Assembly: GCA_026770705.1 (NCBI GenBank) | Contig: JANJGN010000039.1 | Location: 2,418,001 to 2,482,000, forward strand | Reading direction: 5' to 3' | Source: Isurus oxyrinchus | Taxonomy: Eukaryota | Length of the DNA: 64,000 bases | In this document: positions 40,033-52,484 of the stretch, in pieces | Layout: each line of letters begins with the position of its first letter | Position numbering within the stretch: position 1 is the stretch's first letter | The notes under the pieces: model-generated | The model's input: only the letters and a program-made list of their open reading frames with translations | Databases searched by the model: none | What the model was told of the DNA's origin: nothing | Position numbers and translations under genes: made by a program

Positions 40033-41599
40033 TGCCATTTCCATGTCCCCCATGCTTAATGCGCAAATCTCATCCACGATGTGACTAACATTTCGTTCCT
40101 CTTTTGTTTCATGTGTGTTTGAAGGCTCTTTTAATGTATGTTGCCACATTTCTTGCCAGGCATGTGCTAATGTCTCCAACTGAATTTTCTTTGGAAACTG
40201 TTTTGCATGTGCCTACATTTTCTCAGTCTTCTGGCCTAATGCTAATCTTGGCTTAATTGTGCACCGGTCCTTTCCAGGTATAAAACGCTTGCCTTTCTGA
40301 GTTAGCCACGGGGACATCACACTTAATTTAGTTGATCACCATTCCTAGAATAAACTACTTTTTAATTATGGCGTGTGTGAATGGCCCCCACTCTCTCAGA
40401 CTTTGCCTATACTCTCAAAGATTTGCAAACCGTTTAATCCTTAAAACCAACTTACTAATTTTCCACACACATCTCAATAATTTAGTCACCATCTCACTGA
40501 GCGTCATCAACAATCTTTGATATAAAGTTCCATGTTGCTGCATCAGGGTTTTATGTGCATTTTAGTGAACTGGCAGCTGAGGCTGCAGAACAGATCCTGG
40601 TTTGACACAGTCACTCATGTTTGTTGGATTGGAGGACACCACCTTTTTCTGAATGTCTGCCTCCCACATTTTAATTTCTTTCATATCCTGGCCGTTAGGG
40701 CGCTCCCAATTCCATTCAACCCTAACATGTACCTCCTTTATCAGAGAAGAATCGATATGAATTAGCAGCTGATCACGGCACAAGAATACATAAAGGTCCA
40801 TTTATTTTGAATGCTTGAAATGATTTAAAGAAAAGGACGGCAACCATCCTCGGATATTCCTCATTGGGAGACTGGAGTCGATTTGAAAGGACAGACAGTC
40901 ATCATTCCCTGCATCATGACAGAAGGAAACCGTTCCAAATCTGATTTTACAGGGATAATCCACGGCTGCCCTCTCCAGAAATCCTCACAAAAGTCACCAC
41001 TGGGACATTAAGGATGACCAGAAAGCGGCACAGAGGACGGCAACAGCGCGAAAATAAAGCTCCCCCTCCCCTCCCCGGTCACTAAAAGTTGGTTAGCCCG
41101 TGATAGTCATTATCGAAGGCCAGTGAAACGCTACCAGGAGACATCATATATGGGATTAGCTCACTTGATGTTCAAAAGGGGGCAGACTGTATTTGAATGT
41201 AACAGTGATAAATAGTCTGATTTAGTGTCGTTATTCTCCTAACAATGTTATTGTGAAAAAGGGTCCTAGACTGACTGAGAGCAGGGATCGAGTCCAACTC
41301 GCCTGACAGCAAAGCTCGAATGTTGCTTTCCAATTTTACCAGGTGGCTTTCCGATCAAGCAGAATGATATGTTCAACGTCCCAATAGCAGCACGGGGTCA
41401 CGGTTTCGTTTACCTTTCACTGCAGTGAGTCTAGTGACTTTTCCTAAGGCACTTTCAGACAGGTTACCCTTCTGACATTGCACGTTTACTCGCTGATTAC
41501 CTTAACTGGGTGATGGATATTTTACGAAACTATTGTTATGTGGAATACTGTAACTCTATTGCATTCCAATGCAGCATTGACTGATTTCTGCACTGATGG

Positions 41600-42035
41600 A
41601 CTGCCAGTTCTGAATTGTACTGCAATATCTGTGTTTCAGTACTGAGGAGTTGCTGCACCGCCAGAGAGTCAGTACTGAGAGAGCAGGACACCGTCAGAAG
41701 CATCAATGCTGGAGCAGAGATGAATTACAGGATGGTCGGTACAGGTCCAGTGCTGCATTGTCGAAAGATCTACACTGGAAGTGTGCTGTACGTTGAAGAC
41801 AGGGATAGGGTGAGACAAGTGCTGAGAGAGAGAGAGTGAAAGACAGAGATTTTTGAGAAATAAAAAACAAAAATAGAGGTAACAGGAAGGCGAGTGGAAG
41901 AGAGAGGGTGAGAGAAAGAGGTGGACAGCACTGATGGAGCGCTGCACTATCGGTGGGTCAGTACGAAGTCATGCTTCTCTGTCAAATTTGAAAACCGAGG
42001 GGGTGCTGCACTCTTGTAAGGGGAGCGCTGAGGGA
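41600..42035 (+). repeat. Degenerate 33-bp minisatellite (CAGTACTGAGGGAGTGCTGCACTGTCGGAGGGT type, SINE-related)
   Basis: 'cagtactgaggagttgctgcaccgccagagagtcagtactgagagagcagg' and similar copies. Confidence 0.6.
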
Positions 42036-42039
42036 TCAT

Positions 42040-42510
42040 TTCTGTTTATTCGTCTCTCCGTCTCTCCCTCTCTTGCTCTTCCTCTCACCTTCCTGTTATC
42101 TCTCATTTTGTTTTTGTTTCTTTCTCAACATCTTTCTGTCTGTCTCTGACTCATTCTTTGTCCTTCTCTCACCCAATCCCTCTCTTAAGTCCTTTTCACG
42201 TCCTCTGCCCTGTCACTCAATGTCTCCCTCTCTCCCTCTCTTATTGTACGTCTCTCCCTTTCTCACTGTTGTTCTCTTCCAGCCTCTAGTTCTCTCTTTA
42301 TCTATTTCTCACTCTCTGTCTTTCTGCCGCTCTCCAGCCCAGCATGTTCACCTCGCACTATGCTTCCACCTCTCTCTCTATCAGCCTTTTTCTCTCCCCC
42401 CACTCACACTCTTTCTATCTCTTTTTCAACCTCTCTTTGTCTTTCTCTGTCTGTTAAGCAACCTGCGTCTTTCTCTCCTTCTCTCTCTATATCAATCTGC
42501 ATCTCTTTTA
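42040..42510. repeat. CT-rich low-complexity tract
   Basis: Direct reading. Confidence 0.85.
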
Positions 42511-43574
42511 GGGAGATCGAGGTCCAGTTGTGCCATCTTGCCCAACACACACACCCCAAATCCCCTGCAACGCCAACCCCTTTCTGTGCTGCATTGATAC
42601 CCACTTCTGTTATAAACACTAGCATTCAGTGGGAGCTGGCGTGCTGCCCATGCACTGATTTCCACTGTTACCTCGCTTTCACTTTGTTATCTTACTTGCG
42701 TTGTTGGTTACCCGAAATCTACGCTGTGACCACATCTCCTCTGAAGAGACCGCACCACGTTGCACTGTGACATTCCATTTCGGCTTCCAATCATGTGTTA
42801 GAAGGAGGATTCATGTCCAATCACTGAGAAGCAGCGGACAGTTCCACCGGCGATTTTAGAAGTAGGCTATCAATGGCTTAGTTTTCTGTTCATTCAGTGC
42901 GAGAGAGAAGTATAATGGCCATATTTCGTGGGCAATGGAAGTGTGGAAATGGCTTGAGATGTGTCTCCTGCCCTTCCCGTGTGAGGGATGGGGACGATGG
43001 GCTTTGCAATCGTCCAATGGGATGGGAGAAGTAGGTCAGTGGTGAACATTCAGTGCCTCCTCTCGCCCCCGCACACCCCCACCCTCCCATCACCATCTTC
43101 CCACCCCCGCCGCTGTAAATAAGAGAAAATGCTTTAATTCCAGAACATCATGGTTTCCTTGCTCCCACAGTGAGAGAAATTTTCCTCCTTTCAAACTGAG
43201 CAATGAGCTGATAAAATATTGGAAGCGCTGAGTCATTATGTTCCATTGATAAAGACACCTTGAACGCACTGGACACCCCCATCCTACACCCCCTCCCCCG
43301 TGCCAGCTGGCAATGTTAAATTCAATGAGAGAATTCATGAAACTCCTAGAATTTAATACTTCCAGATAGTAAACCCACTTCCACCTCCCAAATATCCCCA
43401 CCCCATCTCCCAGCCCCATCCTCTGAAAACGTTAAGTTAAATGTTAAAATTCCGGATGTTCGCATTGATTCTTTAAGCCCAGTAACAGACCCATATACCC
43501 TGCTGAAAATGTGAAATAATGTCCTAGAAATGTCAGATATTCAGCTCTTCTAATCATTGAACAAAGTAAAGAAT

Positions 43575-44453
43575 TTAAGTGAAAGGATATTTCAACACTT
43601 TCCACAACTGCTCCCTGAACCTAGTCTGTGTCACAGCATAAATCCAAGTGTTTGTGCAGCAACTAAGGAGCTGCAGCATGAAGCCCAATTCCAGAACAAA
43701 AAAATCTAGATACAGGGAATTATAGCCTAAATCAGACATCCGGATCCATATGGAAAAAAAACATTAGCATTCCCCATAAAACGATGAAATTGGCTGAAAT
43801 ATAAAGGAGTAACATGATCGATTTCTTTCGATTCTCCACCGCTGGGTCTTTGGGGCTTTGCCCACTCCTGTGAGGCCGGAGTCTCATGCGGGCCCTGCTG
43901 GTCACTAAAATATACTCGATGGTCAAAATATTGATGAGAAGGATCAGCACAAATGGGACACATGGTGTTAGAATGTGATGGGTGAACTCGATTGTTACCC
44001 AGACAGGATTGAACAGAACCTCCTTTCTGTAACCACAAAACCAGGGGAAGTTTACCATCCAGTACTGACCTGTGAACAAAAAATACCAGAAAATGTTCTT
44101 TGAACAGCTCAGTGCAATGACGGTTCCAAGAATCACAGCTGCCGTTTTCTCACTGCAATATTTAGTTTTCAGCTTCGGGCAACAAATGGCCACAAATCGA
44201 TCCAAGGTAAAAGTGACAGTGAACCATACAGAACAGTCAGTGGCTGCATAAAGCAGGACGGCATGGATATTACACACTCGGATTGATCGCAGGAAAGAAA
44301 AATACTTATCAAACACAATTGGAATATGCCTCAGTATTAGGTCCAGGATAATGACCAGTAGATCAGCTACTGCCATGGCCTCCAGGTAACGGGTAACACA
44401 ATTGGAAAGGCCACACCTCCGGCGCCTGAGTATCACAATCATGACCAGGTTCA
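43575..44453 (-). CDS. GPR139/GPR142-like class A GPCR copy C, exon 2 (TM1 to C-terminus); one +1 T frameshift in a T8 run (recent pseudogene or assembly error)
   Basis: Acceptor tttgcag|TG AAC at 44453. Motifs YLEAMAVADLLV (TM2), CSVWFTVTFTLDRFVAICCP (TM3), PCVPFVLILLIN (TM5), ENRKKSIMLL (TM6). Removing one T at 43754-43761 restores FFSIWIRMSDLGYNSLYLDFFVLELGFMLQLLSCCTNTWIYAVTQTRFREQLWKVLKYPFT*. Confidence 0.9.
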
Positions 44454-44599
44454 CTGCAAAGAAAGGTAATAAACATTAAAACGCTATATCACTCTGGTAC
44501 CAAAGTTGCCAGTTTAATTGAGATGCGATGGAGATGTGTTACAGCATCCTCCAGTGTAATGAAATGAATGGTCCAGAAACATGGTATAAAAAATGTCTG

Positions 44600-44900
44600 T
44601 GATATCGTGGAAGGCAGGATACATTGAAAGGTTAAAATAAGGAGGTGGGAATAGAGTGGAGATGGGAGTTTGCGGGAGAGCGGGAATATTTGCGAGACAA
44701 AGGAGGAAAGGAGTAATCGGGGGATAATCGGTGCGCGTAGCGGTGATAACAGCGCATGGAGTGGCGGGCGAGCGTGCCCATTATGGGTGGTACCCATGGG
44801 TGATGGTGGAACTCATGAGTGAGAGGGGAGACGTGTTTGAGTGAGAGCAGCCAGAGGTGATGATTACGTTCAGGCAAATAAGTGAAACGGGGTAATTTAT
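44600..44900 (-). mobile_element. L2-like LINE fragment next to exon 2, shared with copy D (57930-58260)
   Basis: G-rich plus-strand L2-type text at the same position relative to the acceptor in both copies. Confidence 0.5.
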
Positions 44901-45559
44901 TATTTTGCTCAACATATCTCCTGACAGGAAGGCTCTGCAGTTATGTGATGGAATGTTTCCTCTGTCCAAGGATGTTATTTTAGGAATTTCGAAGAGAGCT
45001 TTCTTGCGAATTATCATTTCAAATTAAATGATAAATGACCGTTTCTTACAAAATACGAAATGCAAGTAATAATGATCATGTACACCACAAACACTCATAC
45101 ACCCTCACACAAAAAAAATAATTTGCAGAAATGCTGCACATACTTAAGTTATTACGAGTGTAGAACAGGAACAGCTCATTCCTTAATATGCTTAATGTGC
45201 TGATTGTAAACATTGCAGGACTGAGGTCTTCATTCCTCGGTTATTGAAGACAAATGGAGTTTTTAAATATCTGGCTTTTAGTCTACAATGTGGTGGAGCC
45301 TCTGTGTTCACGAAATGTACCAACATGTACAGCCTATCAGCCTCTTTTAATGCTTGAAATCTTCAAAAATGTCTCTTAAAAATGTTATTTTGAAGTGTTT
45401 CTATTATGAGCAAAAGTCTCCCTGTCCTTCGATCTTGGTGTTGGATTTCCGTTCTCCAAACACTAAAATTTATGTTGTGTACAACTTCAGAAAATGAAGT
45501 TATGTGCAAACTGGATTCTTAGTGGCACATCTAGACAACCTGTCAAAGGCGAAAACATC

Positions 45560-46400
45560 CAGAATATATCTTACCACAATCTCCTCTTCTCCTGAAGTGT
45601 ACTCTGGATTCCTGGTGACAATGGTCCTTATGATGGTGATTATATGAAGGATGCAGCAGAACATTATGAACATGGCCACCTGCTCCAGCGTGTAAGGGAG
45701 GGTTCAATCCCAATGGCTCAGGAATGAGAAGCGTTTCTTTCCCACAATGGCGGGCTGATCCACAATGGTCTGTGCGACTCCATTGCTCTTGGTATTGAGG
45801 TGTTCTGTTCACCTGCTTGGTTGGAGGTAGGGAATGGCGAAGTTGCATTCTTTTGATCCATGTTCCTACGGGGCAGCCTTCATCTACGAAAAGCCACTGT
45901 GTGCTTCCCTATGGAGCTACGGAGATGCTGGAAACGTCCGACTGCTTCATAATGAAGGTATTGTGGCTCTCGCCAGGAGCTTGGATGTTCACCAACATGA
46001 TGTACTGTCCATAAATATACATCAAATGGACGTGAACTGAATCAGAATTCTTTCAGAGCCTTTGACTCTGTCCATTCTAATGGGTACACGGCAGAATTAC
46101 GTACGCCATCGTGAATCCCTCTGCCCTGGGAGGCCATGGGACGGATCAATCTGCTTCTCCCTGTTAAGGGAGCAAAAGTACAAACGTGGCACCCAACAGA
46201 GATGTTCTCTGTCAGCTAATGAATACATAGTTAGACAAAATACTGGGAGATAATTAATAAAACACCAGCTATTCTCCTGCGTGGACTGTTCCGAATCCAT
46301 AACAGTTTCAATGATCATGTGAACACCGTGTCCAAAGACAGCAGCTCCCGCACCCTGGTGTGCGGCCCCAGGTCCTGTTGAAGGAGGTGACACGGGTCTG
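45560..46400 (-). mobile_element. Degenerate PIF/Harbinger (HARBI1-like) transposase in the intron of copy C
   Basis: 'KNSDSVHVHLMY' resembles KGFHSINVQLVC; 'IMLVNIQAPGESHNTFI' resembles ARYPGSSHDAFI; 'GKKRFSFL..PYTLEQVAMFIMFCCILH' resembles LKxRFRCL..YSPEQV..CCxLHN. Confidence 0.75.
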
Positions 46401-47089
46401 TAACACCTTATTGTTTTGTCAGAGTTATATCCGTCTATGAATATGTTTTAGGTATAGGTTTGTAAAGTGTTCCTGACAATCCAGGGGTGCTTAGAGCAGT
46501 GCAACACCTCTCCCCCCCAAAAACAAATGTTAACAGGCGGTGCCCTCCCTATTCACTCCGCTCTTTTCGCTCGTCATGGTACAGGTCCAGGTGCACTGTA
46601 ACTACATCCCCAAAACCTCTTCCAAAGTTGGGCCTATAAATCCTCTATCGTCTCTCAATTTACGCAGCCCTTCACAGCACAGCACAATGAAGACCATCTA
46701 AAGCACCTCAATGGACTTTGAAATAACAGTGATAAAAACAAAACAACAGCAGATGCTGGAAATCCAAAAAGTTCTGTCGAAGGGTCATGAGGACTCGAAA
46801 TGTCAACTCTTTTCTTCTCCGCCGATGCTGCCAGACCTGTTGAGTTTTTCCAGGTAATTCTGTTTTTGTTTTGAAGTAACAGTAGTCAGTCAAAGTCCGT
46901 TCAGCTGACAGTCAGATGTCTGGCCCGTTTCAATTAAACTGGAAAGGGTGCCTCATGTTTTTTAACAAATATTTAGCTGAGAGTGATTAACACAGGCTTT
47001 CGGTGGACGGGTACAGCCAGTGTTTCAAAGGCATGCATCAAACATACTGAAAACCCCCGCACAACACGGGACACCATGTGTGAGTTTCT

Positions 47090-47595
47090 GGACATGGGAT
47101 TGATTGGAGAAGCGAGATTAAATTGTGATCAAATCACACGATTGGGAATTTTGAAATTGACGGACTGAAAGACCTGGCAGCAATCTTGGCCCTTGAGCAC
47201 AGGGATAATGGTGGAATGAGAACTGGCATGGGCAAGTTTACAAAGATTAGAGTTTTATATGGGGCATGTTTTAAGAATGTTTGTAGCAGCAATTGTCTGG
47301 CCAGATTAACATTTTAATAGCCGAGTCTGGCTTGGACAAATGCACAGCTGAGGGATCATTCGGGTGATGTGTTGATGCAGCGAGGATAGTGGGTGAGGCT
47401 AAAGAGCTGGTAGAAGACAGGCTTAAGGATAGAAAAGGTGAGGGCTCACAAATCAGCTCAGGGTAAAATGGAGCATGGAGGTCGAAGACACTATGGTTCA
47501 GGCTTGGATAGTAGTGCGGTAGGCGGGTGGAGCGACTGGATATGGAACGATCATTAAAACGGGAACAGTAGCAAATGACTTCCATCTTCCTGAAA
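47090..47595 (-). mobile_element. L2-clade LINE 3' fragment just inside the copy C intron
   Basis: Same L2 segment as 9340-9850, ending at the equivalent 'aatgacttcc'/'aatggcttcc' position. Confidence 0.65.
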
Positions 47596-47664
47596 TGTAT
47601 GAGACAATAACAGTAATACAGTCAATCTGGTTTAAGGAACAGATTGTTGCATATAGGTTCTTAC

Positions 47665-47839
47665 CGCTGACACCAACAAGAGCCAGGATGGGGAAGTAAC
47701 CAACTTGGATTAACGAAATTACTCCCTCGATCCTTTCAGCTAATGATATCCGATCTTGAGAAAGGTAGTAAAGCCCGGAGGATAAACTCCTGTCCATTTT
47801 TGTGAAATTCCAAGATTTTGTTCTAAGTTTCTGATTCAT
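47665..47839 (-). CDS. GPCR copy C, exon 1
   Basis: ATG 47839 (or 47797): MNQKLRTKSWNFTKMDRSLSSGLYYLSQDRISLAERIEGVISLIQVGYFPILALVGVS + G|GTAAG at 47665/47664. Joins exon 2 in phase 1 (G|TG = Val). The corrected product is 350 aa. Confidence 0.88.
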
Positions 47840-47899
47840 TGTTGTCACGTTCCAATCTATTATTCTCAGGCTCTGATGTTTTCTCTCCCCCTCTCAGGA

Positions 47900-48080
47900 G
47901 TCGTTGATCCTTGCGACTTCTGAATGCGACTGTCCCCCTGACATTAGGGGACAGCACTTTGAAATGAGCCCCGTATAAATAGCACTGTGAAACCCTCCAG
48001 TGACACAATTAGGATCCAGGGAGATTGAAGTTAATTACAGGGACTGAACAAATCGGTTCAGTTAACGCCTTGCATTCCAA
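47900..48080 (-). promoter_or_regulatory. Promoter region of copy C with TATA-like element
   Basis: TATTTATA on the minus strand at 47974-47981, ~135 nt upstream of the ATG; flanks align with 10380-10560. Confidence 0.55.
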
Positions 48081-48499
48081 CAATTTTTGTCTCACAACAT
48101 AGTAGAAGATCTACTTGGCGTGGATCGGATGTATGTGGGTCGCTAAGGGATGGAAGGCTGTCAATAGAGGTTTGACTGACCATGACATGTAAAGGCACCT
48201 GGGAGTGATATCCAAGGACAGGAAGGTTTTATGTGTTCCACGCTGTTTATAAAAGCAGAGTTCCAAAGCAGAATGGAACCTGGATTGATGACCTATTTTG
48301 AAAAATCATTTATTTTGGGAGCGTGGGTTCCTTACTGAAAGAGGTTCACAGGAGCCTGATCTGACTTTGCAAGATTCACAAAAAAAATGTAATTAATCAT
48401 GATCATATTACACCAGGCAACCAAACGCTTGGTAAGTTTTCATTACAGAGACATCGAAATAAGTGGCAGAAACTCACGCTGCCCCTTTCATCCTACTAA

Positions 48500-51400
48500 T
48501 GCCCTTATTAACCCAGGACCCCAGCGGCCAGGCACCATTATTTTTGGACCAAGGATAACGTTTGTTCAGTGGTAAAGAAGTAGATCTTCCAGTGGTCTCC
48601 TGAACATTCACTAGAAGCAATTGCACAATTGGTATATCTCTTTAGATATCCAGACCACTCAATCTAAATTCACCTCTCCTTTAGTGTTAGAGGATTATCC
48701 ACGAGTTCCTTAAGAATCTGGCATCATGCCCAATTGCAGAGAAACTGAGGCCTTTTCGTCAAGTCTTCACTCATTGGCAATCTGATACAACTGAAACTAC
48801 AAGGTCATAGGCTCCGTGTCTTTATGTATCTGTGCGGCTCCCCCTGATCACAAGTTGCGAGTCAACAACACAGGTTTATTTCCTACTTCTTGTTTTAGAT
48901 GTGACTTCACTAAATCACCAAAACCTTTAGTAGCCAATCTCTTCATTTCAAGACTCGTAATGCAGTCATTAAAATGTATACATTTAAACAGTGCCCCAGG
49001 CTGGCCGGCTGAATGTCACAAAAATCCAAACTGAAACCAAGCCCAGGCTTCACATTACAAATACAATTGTAGCTTGCCTAAAATAATATCGAGTTCCCAT
49101 CATTTACCCCGCAAAAGGATAAGAAATGAAAAGGTAGCTTTCAGAGGCATTTTCATTTCCCGTTAGCATCTCCTCTCATCACTAAATCTATCTTATCTTA
49201 CAGCTTTTACAATAGCTGTAATTATGTTCTTACAAAAAACATGCAAGTATTTCCATAAGAATCATACTCTATACAAGTCCATTTTAATTATGGTGTTCGT
49301 CTTCCTCCATATTTGCACTTGATGAAGTATCTGTTGTTACACTGTAACTTTCAGCGAAATGGCTGAGTTTTTCATTGGGAGGGAGTGGCCTTAAACTCTA
49401 CCAAAATAGTATTGGTTTCTCATTCTGAAACTTTTCTAGGAAGGATATTGGATTTTGATCCTTATAAAATAATAATTTCTGCAGAATGTTTGGATGAGGA
49501 GACATGTTGTACTGCCAGCACTATATTTAGATAATCCTTCTCACTTCTGAATATTTCCCCTGGTAAAAAAAAAAGTACATTTCCAGTAACTTAACAGACT
49601 GGCCGTTCAATTCCCGTCTCGTCGCCCTGTGGTAAAACTGCTCCAACACTCACTAGCATCAAAAACTAGTTTAAATGGCTTCACACAATGTGATGCTGCT
49701 AAAGCCGGTGGAGTGGTGAGTACAGCATTCAAGATGCCAAAGGCACTTAGTCCATCCTTTGTCCATTCAAATATTTTTGCTTTTCTTTACCGAGATGAAG
49801 TTCAGGGCAAACGTCCTATAAAATGCATTTATGCCAAGCGACCATAACATCGCTCCATTATTCTTAAGCACTGTCAATCCTGGATTACCCATATTTTTGC
49901 TTTTCTGGAGATCAGTGTGCCTTTTCACCAGAGCTTGGCCCAAATCTATCACTTTCGTTTTGGAAAATTCACTTTATGCAAATTTTATGACTAAATTGTA
50001 TGTTTGTAAATGACCATACACATCATTCAATTGTATAAGTTCTCCCCAAGCTCAGCCTAACACAACGAACTTCTCACTATATGTATAACACTGTTAAATA
50101 ATCCTTCAAAAACGCGTTCGCTGAATCATTGACATGTTACTGTTGCATTCTTCATTCCGAAAGACATGAAATTACGTTCAAAATACCCATTCGTGGTTGC
50201 AAAATCTGTTGTTTCTTTGACCACTTCTGTTAATGGGACTTTTCAGTACCCCTACAATAAATCATTTCTTTTACCAGGAAACTTGCTTGCCCAATCTTTT
50301 CAGTACAGTTTTCCAATCCTGGAATAAGATATGGATCCGCGTATGTGAATGCATTAACGTTGCCATAAACTATACACAATCATTCTGACCCATCTAGTTT
50401 AGGTGCCTTTATAAGAGGTAAGCTCCATGTACTGTGAATCGGTTGAATAATGTCATCGTCGAACATAAACTTTATTGCTTCCTTCGCCGAGATTAACATC
50501 CCTGGAATAAGCCTGATAGATGTTGCTTTTTGGTGACATCCCCAACATTGCAACATATAAGGCCAAAGCCGTTTTCCTTGGTCGATCTGTACATTGAGTT
50601 TCATGAGTTTGTAATAACTTTCATAAGACATCTCGGAATTATTTTCTGGAAGAGAGCATAATATGGCAGGGGCATCACGGGTTATCTGGCTTAAATTGCT
50701 AAATGGAAATCGAAACACTGGAAGATCAAATATTATCTTATTGAATAGTGGAGCAGGTTGAAGGGACTGATTGTTCAACCGCTGTTATTATTTCTTATGC
50801 TCTTATCTAAATTTTAACGGCCTCTGAACTGTACAATATAACCACTGGAGAGTTGAGTTTAGAATTTCCGATTTCTGGTTCATTCTCCAAATGGTTTGAG
50901 ATATTAATTTCTCCCCTTTCTCCTTTCACTTATGCAAACACATTCCTCTCCTGGTTACCTTCCCAGCCATTATTTGGCTTTAACATATTGACGGGAAACA
51001 TTCAGTTGAATTTCACCCTGATTGGAGTGCTCACTAGATCATTCACAGAATTGAGTTTCTTTGTGACTTGGTAAAGGCCGATGAACCTTGCTTTTCTCTT
51101 TTTACTAGCGAAAAGTTACCAAACTCAAACATTTCATTCAGCAACAAAACTTCGAGTTTTGGAATAGATATCTGCACCTGCTTCCATTGTTTGTGGTGCA
51201 TTTCTATTTTTACATGATTTTTGGCCGACCCACAGGCCTTCCCAGCAGTTTGTCACGTTGGTCAAATGTGACATCTCGGAACTTTGGTTGATAAATTTTC
51301 CTTTAATAAATTTCACTGGATCTCGCGCCACTTCCTCAACTATCAGGTCAAAAGCACTGAATGCTGTGGACTCCTTCTGGGCGTCCCTTAGAAATACCAA

Positions 51401-52250
51401 TCGAAGGACTCTATCACAAAAAATGGACCATCATTGACAATATATTTTAATCGTTGTCTTTAAAGTTGGATTTCATTTTGCTAAAGTTCCTTATAACTGT
51501 GATTAAAACGCTGAAGGCTGAAAATATTTTTTCCCTCTCCAAAACTTTTCATTTTTTATTTGAATATCTGTGACATAAAATATGAGCCTTGATCTGATTA
51601 GTTTTCCTGAGGAAATCCACATATTTTAAAGAAATGAACTGGCTTTCCCTCCACAATTTTCACCATGATCTTCCTGAAATGCACTGCCACTGGAAATCTT
51701 GTTAGAGCTACCATATTTTTTGAAAAACACTGTTTCCCACTTCTGATTTAGCTGGGGACCAAAACAATCTATTAAGGAAGTGCTAAATGGTTCTGAACAA
51801 GCTGGTATTGGACTGAATAAAGGATGCACTTGAATTGATGATTCTGGCTTCCCCACTATTAGCATGTATGTCATGTCTGGCAGAAACTAACAACGTCTTT
51901 ATGAAACCATGGCAAATAAAATATGTTTTAGCATGTCAGCCTGTGTTTTCCTAAAGCATGCATGAACTGCCATTGGAACACCGTAAGCAACTCGTGATGG
52001 AACGTCCACCAGATGAACTATTGTAAAGTGCCGATTGGCTCATATTTGAGGTGGTCTCCCTTTCCTCATTAGCACAGCATTTTAAAATAATAACACTCAG
52101 GTACTGATTCTGATTCAGGCTCTGATAGGGTGTTATAGCAAATTCTCTCAACTTAGGATCAGCCTATTGCATTTCTACTAAAGTAGATGAACCAAAATGT
52201 CTTCCCCATTCTCTTTACATTCTACAGTTTGCTCCAGTTCCTTCTAAGGC
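48500..52250 (-). mobile_element. Gmr1-like Ty3/Gypsy retrotransposon pol (integrase-RT-RNaseH order) plus probable 3' LTR, degenerate
   Basis: Integrase 'HKDVVSFCQT..GKPESSIQVHPLFSPIPACSEPFSTSLIDCFGP' (~52000-51100) precedes RT 'DDDIIQPIHSTWSLPLIKAPKLDGS..MSFGMKNA' (~50700-49900) and RNase H (~49900-49560) in the direction of transcription. Confidence 0.85.
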
Positions 52251-52484
52251 TTCCTTTTTTTGCGGGGGCTGAGATCTAGCCATGAAGCAGTCAAGAAACA
52301 ATCCAGGATATTGCTCAAATCGCGCCTCAGCTACTTTCAGTTCCAGTTGGTGTTATAACAGTCTCGGTGAGGCTAATATATTTGAGCCAGCTGTCTCATA
52401 GCCCAAGATGAAATCAATTCCTTAGATAGCGATTTGATCCAAAGCTCCAACTGCAGCCTCTCCTCTCACTAAGTGACTTATTTT

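Noticed and set aside
42073-42770. 174-aa and 136-aa Leu/Ser-rich ORFs
   Set aside because: Translations of CT-rich low-complexity DNA.
43732-44454. 240-aa single-exon six-TM protein as given in the ORF track
   Set aside because: The GTG start overlaps the splice acceptor and the early stop comes from the T8 frameshift. The real model is two coding exons.
36225-52250. gag-pro half and int-RT-RH half as one retrotransposon split or permuted around GPCR copy C
   Set aside because: The presumed LTRs (38420-38800 vs 48500-49300) do not resemble each other, and the short overlapping pre-integrase region is divergent. Two independent elements are more likely.
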